Source of the DNA: an uncultured archaeon
GTDB lineage: Archaea; Asgardarchaeota; Thorarchaeia; Thorarchaeales; Thorarchaeaceae
Length of the DNA: 64,000 bases
Direction: 5' to 3'
NCBI GenBank assembly: GCA_964473825.1
Contig: CAYYQL010000002.1
Coordinates: 32,001 to 96,000, forward strand
Below are positions 1-8,910 of the stretch, in pieces (within the stretch, counting starts at the first letter, position 1; the number at the start of each line of letters is the position of its first letter). The position numbers were made by a program, and so were the translations under genes. The notes under the pieces were generated by a model. The model did not search any database and was not told the DNA's origin. It saw only the letters and a list, made by a program, of their open reading frames with translations.

Positions 1-68
1 GCTCAGCTTGGTAGAGCGGCAGGCTCATAACCTGTCGGCCAAGGGTTCAAGTCCCTTTGGGCCCACCA
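1..68 (+). tRNA. tRNA with CAT anticodon, 5'-truncated by the window edge; probably tRNA-Ile2(CAU), alternatively Met
   Basis: D-arm GCTCAGCTTGGTAGAGC, anticodon arm GCAGG-CTCATAA-CCTGT, T-arm AAGGG-TTCAAGT-CCCTT, 3' TGGGCCC-A-CCA. A GGGCCC acceptor stem is typical of archaeal Ile tRNAs. Confidence 0.9.
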
Positions 69-153
69 TTCTTTCTCTCTTTGAATAGAGAATCTCACCT
101 ATCATACTCGAAAATGAGATAAACCCATGATGTGCCTTCTCTGAAGAGGCGTA

Positions 154-942
154 ATGATGCAGATGCTGTCAGATCCAGTCATTATGGGCATAGTTGCTAG
201 TCTGGTAGCGGGCGCTGCGACCGGACTTGGGGCCATTCCGGTTCTACTAGGTGGCAAGTTCAGTCAGAAGACTCTAGATATCATGCTTGGTTTCGCAGCT
301 GGGGTCATGCTTGCAGCTTCAGCATTCAGTCTCTTGGTTCCTGCGTATGAGATGGTTGTTGATTGGGTGGGAGTTCTTAGCGTTGTAGGACTTGGATTCG
401 CTCTTGGTGGAGTCTTTGTCCATGAGGCGGACAAACATGTTCCCCATGAGCACTTTCAGAAAGGACATGAGGGGCCATCATCCTCCCTTGCAAGGGTATG
501 GCTTCTGATTCTTGCCATAACCATTCACAACTTCCCGGAGGGCCTTGCCGTAGGTGTCGCTTTTGGCACAGATGACGTCTTGACAGGAATCTCGGTTGCC
601 GTGGCCATAGGCCTGCAGAATATACCGGAAGGACTAGCAGTGGCTGCGCCATTAGTACGAGAGGGGTACTCTAGGAGATATGCGGCAGGACTTGCTCTGC
701 TTACAGGTCTTGTTGAGCCAATAGGAGGAATAATTGGTGTTTCGATTGTGACAGTTGCAGCATTCCTGTTGCCCTATGGACTGGCTTTTGCAGCAGGAGC
801 CATGATATTTGTGGTTAGTGACGAGATGGTACCAGAGAGCCATGTGGGAGGACATGCTCGTGAGGCGACATGGGGGATTATGGTGGGATTTCTGATAATG
901 ATGACTCTGGACAATATCTTCGCTTTTATCTTTGCAGGATAG
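154..942 (+). CDS. zupT: ZIP family metal transporter (ZupT/GufA-like)
   Basis: HNFPEGLAVG and QNIPEG motifs, ~8 TM helices, His-rich loop HVPHEH. Confidence 0.9.
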   Translation: MMQMLSDPVIMGIVASLVAGAATGLGAIPVLLGGKFSQKTLDIMLGFAAGVMLAASAFSLLVPAYEMVVDWVGVLSVVGLGFALGGVFVHEADKHVPHEHFQKGHEGPSSSLARVWLLILAITIHNFPEGLAVGVAFGTDDVLTGISVAVAIGLQNIPEGLAVAAPLVREGYSRRYAAGLALLTGLVEPIGGIIGVSIVTVAAFLLPYGLAFAAGAMIFVVSDEMVPESHVGGHAREATWGIMVGFLIMMTLDNIFAFIFAG

Positions 943-1142
943 GTTAGGCGACCAGAGGGCATACAAGCAGGGAGAGGGGGCTATGCTGCAGACTGGCAGG
1001 AAGAGGGAACAAAAAAGAAACGATAGGATGTCTCCAGCCAGTGTCAACGTAACCAATGCGCGAAGGCGAATATCCATCACTGGTCAAAGGAATGACGCCC
1101 TAGTTATCGACAAATCGACGAGATAGATGCAGAATCGGCTAA

Positions 1143-1760
1143 CTATAGCCATTCGATCTGATCAAGGTATGGACTGAGGCCGCGTGAAACCTTGGTCTTT
1201 GTTTTGAATTTAGTGTCTGCGGTGAGTTTGATGTCTGAATCCAAGTCAAGCGTTCTCAGATTCGGGCACCGGAATAGTGCAGAAACATCCATTGCACTTA
1301 TGTCGTTCTTGGTCAGGGTCAACGTACGGAGTTTTGGGCAATTCTTTAGGGGTGAAGGGTCAATGGCGCTCAGCTTGTTTTCATAGAGGTGCAGGGATCT
1401 GAGGTTCTTACAGGAAGACAGCGGGGTCAAGTCTATGTCCCTGAGTCGATTGAAGGAGAGTCCTAAGTACGTGAGGTCAGGACATGCTCTGAGAGGTCCT
1501 AGGTCAATTGCAGTGAGCTCGTTTCCGCCCAGAGAGAGTTCAACCAGTGACGGACACTGCTCTAGGACTGAGAGGTCAATACTCTCAAGCTCATTCCCTG
1601 ACAGAGTGAGAACCTCGAGATTCGGAAACTCTTCCAGTGGCGACAGGTCAGTGGATCCAATCCGTTTGTCATTCAAATCCACTACAGTAGTGCTTGGGTC
1701 GAATCGCTCGACCACTTTTCCGCCTTTCTTGGTTTCGCTCCAGATAGTAATCTCATCCAT
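1143..1760 (-). CDS. Leucine-rich repeat protein
   Basis: ~6 tandem 22-aa repeats LxxLxLxxNxLxxIDLxPLxxC; start moved to MDEITIW. Confidence 0.9.
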   Translation of the reverse strand: MDEITIWSETKKGGKVVERFDPSTTVVDLNDKRIGSTDLSPLEEFPNLEVLTLSGNELESIDLSVLEQCPSLVELSLGGNELTAIDLGPLRACPDLTYLGLSFNRLRDIDLTPLSSCKNLRSLHLYENKLSAIDPSPLKNCPKLRTLTLTKNDISAMDVSALFRCPNLRTLDLDSDIKLTADTKFKTKTKVSRGLSPYLDQIEWL

Positions 1761-1943
1761 GTGTACCGAGTCCCTGAGAGTCGTTATGGCGCTCCCTAAT
1801 AAAGTGACGTTACGAACCAAGAAGGCGACGGAGCATCACCACTCACTGGAAGATTAGATTGACCGATCTGTAGCACTCCGTCTATGTCTTTCCTCTCAGC
1901 CAACAGGTGTAGTGGGATTCTTACCTAGACGGTTGTATGCAGA

Positions 1944-2165
1944 CTACTTGACAGCACCCACTATCAATAAGATGACTCCAAGACCCGTGAGTCCAAGCAT
2001 CACCTCAGTGAAGTTGTATCCTGCAAGAGCGATGGAATAGATGCCTTGGTCAAAGTAGACAAGTATTGCACTCAGGTCCACGTACGCTGTGAGAAATGTA
2101 GCCCAAATCGGTAGTAGTCCTGCTATGATTAATAGCAGACCCAGAATAGCTAAGCCTTTACCCAT
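1944..2165 (-). CDS. Small membrane protein
   Basis: 73 aa, two hydrophobic segments. Confidence 0.65.
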   Translation of the reverse strand: MGKGLAILGLLLIIAGLLPIWATFLTAYVDLSAILVYFDQGIYSIALAGYNFTEVMLGLTGLGVILLIVGAVK

Positions 2166-2286
2166 GTTCAGTCCTCAGTTTCGTTTCGCAATGTACGTAC
2201 AAACAGCTATATCAGCTGTTCGGATTCTGGGCCGCCTGTCTTCTGCGTTCCTTCATGGAACGCTGGCCCAGAAGTAGCCGAATCTT

Positions 2287-2867
2287 CTATGGTCTGAAGT
2301 GCTTGCCAACCTCCCAAGCATCTGCAAGACATTCGCCAACGGTCCAGTATCGGTTATCAGGCATTGTGAGGACAACAAGATTTGCCTTCCTGATATCGAG
2401 TCCATCTTCAGTGAGGAATCGTTCCTCGGAGTATGCCTCTACTGCTTCTCCAAGGACCAGATAGTTCGTGGGTAGCTCTACAATGTCAAGGACTCTGCAT
2501 TCGATTGCCAAGGGACATCCCTCTATCATGGGTGCTCCTTCGAGTGTGCCATAGAAGACATCGAAGACGTCTGATTTGTCGATCTTACTCCCCGAGCCCA
2601 GACGCAATAGTCGGTCTTTGTGATCATCTCTGCAGTGGGGAAGTTGATGCTGAACTCGCGATTCTCGTGTATACCGTTCATGGTGAAGTGGCGCTTCGCG
2701 ATGCTCGCGGCCCAGATTGGGGGTTTGTTGTTCACCCGAGCAATCCATGCCACAGCCATGAAATTGACACGTCCCTCTACCTTTGTACCAACCAGCGTGA
2801 CCGACATGGGGCAGGGGGTCACCCGTGTTCCCATCCTGACATGATTCATTCTACAGACCTCTACCAT
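2287..2867 (-). pseudogene. Flavin reductase family protein, frameshifted near 2605
   Basis: N-half (NFMAVAW...NREFSINFP...KTDYC) and C-half (APMIEGCPLAIECRV...PDNRYW) lie in different frames; one extra G (TGC G[G]T CTG) would restore TDYCGLGSG. Confidence 0.85.
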
Positions 2868-3061
2868 GTATCTGGACCAGACTGTCTTTTAGGCTATATG
2901 CCCGGCCCAGTACGCTAACTCTACAACATAGTGACAACAGTGCCCCTTGTAGTTTCTGTCGCATGGGTCTGAGCAATTCAATCAGCAAGAGTGAAAACCT
3001 AGAGAATCTCTCTTTTCCTTACTCAGTTGGTTTACCGACTTTTGGCCACTCTTCTGAGGGC

Positions 3062-3436
3062 CTAGCATTTATTGCATTCACCGTTATGCAAAACCAGCAC
3101 TTTGCACTCTTCAATTATACCTGCAAAGGCCTGGTAGAAGTAACATGCTGATTCACGTCTTGCCTCTTTGCCGGACTCGGTCAACCTGTAGAATATCTCT
3201 CGGCCATCTTGATGGCCCTCAATGTAGCCTTCTCCTCTGAGGTTCGCTAATGCAGGATAGATTGTCCCCGGAGTTGGCTTTGTGCCGCGCCGTTCCGCAA
3301 TCTTCTCTGCAATCTGTTGACCGGTAAGAGCTTCCTTTCCTAGCTCCCATAGAATTTGGAACGTGAGAAACCCTCTCATGTCACAGCAGTCTGGAGGACA
3401 GCAGAGCTCATTCTCATTTCCAGTTTCATCTGTCAT
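3062..3436 (-). CDS. PadR family transcriptional regulator with N-terminal CCPPDCC motif
   Basis: PGTIYPAL...YRLTESG winged-helix signature. Confidence 0.85.
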   Translation of the reverse strand: MTDETGNENELCCPPDCCDMRGFLTFQILWELGKEALTGQQIAEKIAERRGTKPTPGTIYPALANLRGEGYIEGHQDGREIFYRLTESGKEARRESACYFYQAFAGIIEECKVLVLHNGECNKC

Positions 3437-3490
3437 TAGGTGATGTCTCCGGACCAATGGTTCTCTAACGAGCTGACAGCGTGCACAACC

Positions 3491-3533
3491 TTTTTATAAA
3501 TATTGGGCGCCCAATATATTGGATATCCGATAT
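3491..3533. promoter_or_regulatory. TATA box followed by two tandem palindromic operators between padR and arsM
   Basis: TTTTTATAAA (3491-3500); perfect palindrome ATATTGGGCGCCCAATAT (3500-3517); near-perfect ATATTGGATATCCGATAT (3516-3533). Confidence 0.65.
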
Positions 3534-3581
3534 AATCTCTGTTTGGTGGTTCTATTGAATCGTGAGAGAAAGGTCAGCGAA

Positions 3582-4415
3582 ATGACTCCAGACGAAATCA
3601 AACAAGAAGTGAGTAGGAAATACTCCGAGGTTGCAGCACGTGGCAGGTCTCACAGAGGCACAGACTGCTGTAGTCCACATAAGTTGGATGGACGAAGTGA
3701 AGCGCAGACTTCCTGCTGTGATACCCATGCGACGACGACCATGCACATAACCGACTGTTACAGTAGTCCCGAGTCATTGCAGCCGACAGAATATGCCAAA
3801 TCAATCGGCTACGAAGTTAGTGGGCTACCGCGAGCAGCGACCGAATCGTTTGCCGGTTGTGGGAACCCGGTGGCGTTGGCGATGCTTCAAGAAGGGAAAA
3901 CAGTGGTTGACTTCGGATCCGGCGCAGGTCTGGATGTATTCGTTGCTGCGGAGAAGGTCGGGGCAACTGGACGCGTTATCGGCATTGACATGACACCTGA
4001 GATGCTTGAAAGCGCCCGAAAGAGCGCAATTGAGATGGGGGTCACCAATGTCGAATTCAGAGCGGGAGACATTGAAGACTTGCCTATTGATGACAGTTCG
4101 GTCGATGTGATTATCAGCAACTGTGTGATCAACCTTGCCCCGAACAAGGCCAGCGTCTTCGAGGAGGCGTATCGGATACTCCGTCCAGGCGGGAGGATAC
4201 TGATTTCTGACATCGTTCTTGAAGAGGATCTCTCACTGGAGGAGCGTGACAGTCTGGCTAACTACACTGGCTGTCTTGGGGGAGCAATCCTCGAACAGGA
4301 ATATCTCAGACTCATTCGGAAGGCAGGATTTGAGAGAATCAGTGTTTTGGATCGTACGGGCTATGGTCGGGCTATCAGTGCTAAGATAAGAGCATACAAA
4401 CCACCTATAGACTAG
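3582..4415 (+). CDS. arsM: Arsenite S-adenosylmethionine methyltransferase
   Basis: GCGNP, VDFGSGAGLD, ISNCVINL and GCLGGA motifs with conserved Cys; Cys-rich N-terminus. Confidence 0.88.
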   Translation: MTPDEIKQEVSRKYSEVAARGRSHRGTDCCSPHKLDGRSEAQTSCCDTHATTTMHITDCYSSPESLQPTEYAKSIGYEVSGLPRAATESFAGCGNPVALAMLQEGKTVVDFGSGAGLDVFVAAEKVGATGRVIGIDMTPEMLESARKSAIEMGVTNVEFRAGDIEDLPIDDSSVDVIISNCVINLAPNKASVFEEAYRILRPGGRILISDIVLEEDLSLEERDSLANYTGCLGGAILEQEYLRLIRKAGFERISVLDRTGYGRAISAKIRAYKPPID

Positions 4416-4854
4416 AACCGGCGAACAGCGTCTACTCAGACAAGAAACAGGATGTGTGCGATTCTGTGACTGAAAAGATCACTTGTTCCTCCAAGAGTCT
4501 ACTGCATCCATGCATATGATAGCAACGCTCTATGCCGCGCGGTCATAGCTTCTGGTGTATCGCCACAGAACAATACAGCCTACCACTACGATGGGAACTA
4601 CGATGAGGACAGCCAGAAGAAAGGGGTCTGGACCTAGAGGTGGTAAAACGACATCCTGCAAAGCTATCACTCCCAGCCATGAATCAGAGAGTGTGCTATT
4701 ACGCTTTCTACCGTGTGTCAGGAAGTGTTCAGAGTACTGTTGCCAAGCGCTCCATAGCGAGCAATCAGAGATTCGCCCATTGACAATGTGACGGAGTTCT
4801 TGTATCGGGATAGCAATCTTAATATTCAATCCGTGGCCGTTCTGCGTTGCACTT

Positions 4855-5050
4855 GCCGCCGTGGCTCAGCCGGTAGTTGTTGTTCCTCTTGAGGAGCAGC
4901 AGCTGAAAGCGACAACGCCTTGCACTCCGCAATGCGGCGCTCTAGCCTGTTACCTTTCGGTCAGGTGGCCGAGAGCCAGACAGTTGTAGTGCATCACGCT
5001 TCGTGATGTGCGACGTATGGTCCCAGGTTCAAGTCCTGGCGGCGGCGCCA
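4855..5050 (+). tRNA. tRNA-Asn(GTT) with four predicted introns (4877-4907, 4914-4943, 4953-4981, ~4990-5019)
   Basis: Spliced product GCCGCCG TG GCTC AGCCGGTA GAGC G ACAGC CTGTTAA GTTGT AGGTC CCAGG TTCAAGT CCTGG CGGCGGC G CCA (76 nt); each insert is a hairpin; GCCGCCG acceptor and G73 match archaeal tRNA-Asn. Confidence 0.85.
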
Positions 5051-5360
5051 TTCTTCTCCGAGTCTACTACTTGAATGACACTCAATGTCTAGTCCCTTCA
5101 TCTGGAAACGAGTAGGAAGCCTTCCCCAGAGGACACTTCAGACTCTAAGCAAATAGGATTTGACCCTTGGGAATCTGGTCTATAAGTCAGAACCATGCTT
5201 CTCAGTCCAAGACTTTCATGGAGAATCCTCTAGGCAAAGAACTGCGACCAATACTCTTCTTTGAACTCCCCATCATAGTACTTCTTGTACATCTCTTTCA
5301 GATCGTGCAGGATGAGACTGTTGGTTTCCAGGATGTCTACCATATCTCGAGGATAGGCGC

Positions 5361-5687
5361 ATGATCACAAAGGAGTCCATGCCTGACTCACGGACCCAGC
5401 TGTATGGGGGGCAGACTATACCTTTCCTCGACGGTTTTAGAGTATCTCTTGAAACGGCTGAGCGATTCATCAAGAGCAGAACGGAAGTCATAGACCACAT
5501 ACTAGATGCGTGGGAAAACCTGCTGAGAGCAGTCAAGGAAACGCCAGAGGCCAAGAAGCTCAAAGAGGTGGTTTCTGTCTTCTCAGTTTGGCTTGGAAGC
5601 TATCAGGACTTGCTTACCGACTTCAATGAACGCTTCAACGAGCGAATAGAGGATCTTGAGAAAGACCTACTGCTGTTGAAGTTCTAG
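5361..5687 (+). CDS. Hypothetical helical protein
   Basis: 108-aa ORF with amphipathic/coiled-coil pattern. Confidence 0.55.
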   Translation: MITKESMPDSRTQLYGGQTIPFLDGFRVSLETAERFIKSRTEVIDHILDAWENLLRAVKETPEAKKLKEVVSVFSVWLGSYQDLLTDFNERFNERIEDLEKDLLLLKF

Positions 5688-5825
5688 CCTGCTGGCTGTG
5701 ATGGAGCTCGAAGTAGATGAGAGGTACTGGGTCGGGAACACATTCCCTGATACGAAAAAAGGACAGGCATGTTGTAACCACAATGTCCAAAAGCACAGGG
5801 CTTCAAAATGGTTTAGTTGAGAATC

Positions 5826-6230
5826 ATGAAGACAATAGGATATTTCGATGGGACCGACTCTACGCTCCTGACAAAGCTTGTGGCTCTGGGATACAGTACC
5901 ATGCCATTGGCCAATGACTACGATGAGGCCGGGAAGCCTTCGGCACATCTAGAACCGGGAAACGTTGACATCATCATTGGATATCTGCACAAACTGACTC
6001 CAGTATCAAGGAAGAAACCACCCTCAACCGGTAGCAGTATGGGGAAACGCAAAGACATGAAACCTATCGAACTGCTCTATCCGGCCAAGACGTACGACAT
6101 TCCGGTCATTGTCATTGTGCCCGCAAACCACCATAAGGCCGCAAAGGAAATCCTCGGAGAAGCCGCGGAATTCGTTAAGATTGTGACCCCAGATGAACTC
6201 GAAGAGAGGGTTCTAGAACAACTCAAGTAG
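5826..6230 (+). CDS. Hypothetical protein (alpha/beta fold)
   Basis: MKTIGYFDG start, protein-like composition, downstream hairpin GGGGAGT-N6-ACTCCCC. Confidence 0.7.
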   Translation: MKTIGYFDGTDSTLLTKLVALGYSTMPLANDYDEAGKPSAHLEPGNVDIIIGYLHKLTPVSRKKPPSTGSSMGKRKDMKPIELLYPAKTYDIPVIVIVPANHHKAAKEILGEAAEFVKIVTPDELEERVLEQLK

Positions 6231-6393
6231 TGGCTAGTGAAAAGCGCGGGCAGTGTGACTCACAGGGGAGTAACATAACTCCCCTCATCTCATGCCTTCT
6301 CATTCTCGTCTGGTATGAGAGGACCTTCTTCGGACGTATTTCAATGGGTTCCTTTTCCTGTCAAGATGACAACTAGGATAGTACCCACGTTTC

Positions 6394-7104
6394 CTAATAG
6401 AGTAAAATGGTCCCATGCAGCAGTAGAGCTAGTACGACAATAGATAGGATGACATTGAACCGCCGTTTGCCGGTGACAGGAAACGGAACGAAGAAGGCGC
6501 TCTCTTGGATATAGGCAGCATATTCCTCTGGGCGATGCTTCAGCAGGTACTGCTCCTCGGCAATGGCAAGAAAGACATAGGCGAACAGCTCAGCATACCA
6601 GATAGCTATCGCCATCTCCGCGGTGAAGTAACCTAGCACGAATGTATGTGTGATAAGCCATACACTTTTTGTTGTAAGGCTCAGAGTGAACATGACTACG
6701 CCGAGATACTGCGGATGCCGGATGAACCTGTACGGCCCTTTGGTGACAGGGGGTATTTCCCTGTTCAATCTCAGATATAATATGGAGAAGATCAAGAGAG
6801 AGAATCCAATCACGGATATTACAAGCTCGAGTGGAAATCCACCAAAGATGAGAGATACCAGGAAGATGGGTAGCCCAACCAATGTAACGGGAGCAGTGGT
6901 CGCTATTCCAAGTAGATACAGCAGGAAGGGTGCACTCATGCCCAGCGCATAGCCGCCAAATGGAATCGACTGAAAGAGAGGAACTAGGTACCCCATGCCA
7001 TCCAGGAGCTTCTTCGTCAACTTCTGCTTGGGTGCAGGGGACGTGCCCTCCATTCGACTATCATCTCTATTCCTATCTTCTTTGAGGAATAGGCGCGTAG
7101 CCAT
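6394..7104 (-). CDS. Isoprenylcysteine carboxyl methyltransferase / PEMT family membrane protein
   Basis: TKGPYRFIRHPQYLG and EEQYL...EEYAAY motifs, multiple TM helices. Confidence 0.8.
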   Translation of the reverse strand: MATRLFLKEDRNRDDSRMEGTSPAPKQKLTKKLLDGMGYLVPLFQSIPFGGYALGMSAPFLLYLLGIATTAPVTLVGLPIFLVSLIFGGFPLELVISVIGFSLLIFSILYLRLNREIPPVTKGPYRFIRHPQYLGVVMFTLSLTTKSVWLITHTFVLGYFTAEMAIAIWYAELFAYVFLAIAEEQYLLKHRPEEYAAYIQESAFFVPFPVTGKRRFNVILSIVVLALLLHGTILLY

Positions 7105-7292
7105 TTAATCGTGTTGTACAGCAGCAGATTGAGTATGAGTTGTGTAAATGGGATGAATAATTTAGAACACGTGTTCTAGGATTCAGGAAAAAACGGCCTC
7201 CCTAAAAAGAACTATGCGGGCGGAAAGTCTTCCATGTTGAAAGCCCAAGGCTCAAAAGGCCATCTTCATTATAGTTTACTAGAGAGATACCC

Positions 7293-7496
7293 GTGAGTGT
7301 AGCAAAAGTAATCGAACTTGTCGGTCAGTCGGAGAAGAGCTTTGATGATGCTATCGAGAATGCATTGGAGACTGCATCTGAGTCCATCAGAAACATCCAT
7401 GGTCTCGATGTGCTTGACATGACTGCTGACGTTGAAAATGGGAAGATTATCAAGTATAGAGCGAACGTGAAGATAGCCTTCCGGTACGAAGAGTAG
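7293..7496 (+). CDS. Dodecin domain protein
   Basis: MSVAKVIELVGQSEKSFDDAI...YRANVKIAF. Confidence 0.88.
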   Translation: MSVAKVIELVGQSEKSFDDAIENALETASESIRNIHGLDVLDMTADVENGKIIKYRANVKIAFRYEE

Positions 7497-7505
7497 AAAC
7501 CCAGA

Positions 7506-7539
7506 GAGGGCGGCCCGGCCCTCGTGTTACCTTTTTTTG
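7506..7539 (+). terminator. Hairpin plus U-tract after dodecin
   Basis: GAGGGC-GGCCCG-GCCCTC followed by TTTTTTT. Confidence 0.45.
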
Positions 7540-7697
7540 TCTATTCTCCAACCATACTCAATGCCACCTCTTACAGCAGTACGAGGCTGTAGGATCAGGA
7601 CTCAGCAGGATTCTGTAGCCCTTTCGTCATAGGAGCGGTCATCTGTGGGAGTATAGACTGATAATGCTGAAAAGAGCATATCCTGCTCAAGACAGAT

Positions 7698-8318
7698 ATG
7701 GCGCACCACGATGAAAAACGGATGGACATGGACGTTTGGTGTCCCTTGATTCCACCCCAAGATTTCTCGAAGCTGGAAAGGTATGAGGGTGAATTAGACA
7801 AGGTCAGCAACGCCTATGATGACTGGCAGGCTTTCATGCGTGGTAAGCCCTTCATTGAGACAGATGTTGGTGTTCTCTTAGACCGTATCAGGATGCTCAT
7901 GATTGGGATAGGTGTTGCATGTGCTCAAGACCGAGATTTCGCAGAGGTTGTTCAGTCCATCCTGTCACATAATCTACGGAAGACTGCCATCGAGTTGGTG
8001 GAGAGGGTGTCAGATACAGGCCAGTACGATGGCCGGATAAAGGGAATCCTGACCAATTTCTTCTCTACAATCAAGTTCACTCGAGACCTCTATCCCCGTG
8101 AAGAGATAGAGAAGGCAATGGCGAATTACAGAGATGAACAGGGGGGCGGGACACTGCTCTCATCATTGAAGAAAGCAGCAGCCGAGGCTCGAAAAAACAG
8201 GGACGATGCCGATAGTGAAAGGGAGGAGGCTATACAGGCTGCACTATCTGAGGCTGCGAGTGTAGCAAAACGAATCTACCTCCGTCTTCTCAGCCCCGAC
8301 CCGTGGGGCATTCAATAG
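7698..8318 (+). CDS. Hypothetical protein
   Basis: 206-aa ORF, helical, no recognisable motif. Confidence 0.7.
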   Translation: MAHHDEKRMDMDVWCPLIPPQDFSKLERYEGELDKVSNAYDDWQAFMRGKPFIETDVGVLLDRIRMLMIGIGVACAQDRDFAEVVQSILSHNLRKTAIELVERVSDTGQYDGRIKGILTNFFSTIKFTRDLYPREEIEKAMANYRDEQGGGTLLSSLKKAAAEARKNRDDADSEREEAIQAALSEAASVAKRIYLRLLSPDPWGIQ

Positions 8319-8322
8319 GAGT

Positions 8323-8907
8323 TCATTCAATCCGCCTGATGCCAGCCGAAGTCTTGAGGAAGTCCGAGACTGACTTCTTTACACGCTTCCAGTCTGAAGC
8401 AAAGAGGGTGACCGATACCTTCCCTTGACCAATATGTAGTTCAATGAAGCTGGCCTCTTTTCTACCTCCCCTACCTCCTGTGGCACCAGTGATGGTCCCG
8501 GGATTGAGCAAGAGGCGACTCTTGCAGAGGTCAATAGAGGAATCATGAGTATGGCCATGAATAGCAATATCGGCTCCGACTTGCTGGGCTATCTCCCAGA
8601 GCTCGGATATGCTTCCGCGGGGGCTCAGCTGAGTGCCATGAATGAGAAGAATATGGAACTCCTCAATATCCATGGTCTTCTGGAAGTCATGCTCACCACC
8701 AAAGTCCATGTTACCATGGACCATATGACTCGGAGGAAGGGGAGGAAGACTGTTTCGCATCGCCTGCTCTTGGACTAAGTCGCCCGTTATCAGGGCCAGG
8801 TCGTAGTCGGTATCCTCAATATGACAGTAAAACTCCTCAGGAATTGAAGTGGCCCTGGTGGGAATGTGCGTGTCCCCAAAGACTAAGATCCTCTTCAACT
8901 CAGCCAT
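8323..8907 (-). CDS. YfcE/MJ0936 family metallophosphoesterase (Vps29-like)
   Basis: GDTHIP, TGD, HGNMD, HG, GHTH and NPG motifs. Confidence 0.85.
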   Translation of the reverse strand: MAELKRILVFGDTHIPTRATSIPEEFYCHIEDTDYDLALITGDLVQEQAMRNSLPPLPPSHMVHGNMDFGGEHDFQKTMDIEEFHILLIHGTQLSPRGSISELWEIAQQVGADIAIHGHTHDSSIDLCKSRLLLNPGTITGATGGRGGRKEASFIELHIGQGKVSVTLFASDWKRVKKSVSDFLKTSAGIRRIE

Positions 8908-8910
8908 GCC

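Noticed and set aside
4530-4829. 99-aa ORF with a C-terminal TM helix upstream of tRNA-Asn
   Set aside because: Non-ATG start overlapping the likely tRNA promoter; at most a remnant membrane anchor.
7105-7292. FMN riboswitch upstream of dodecin
   Set aside because: Conserved RFN sequence blocks are absent.
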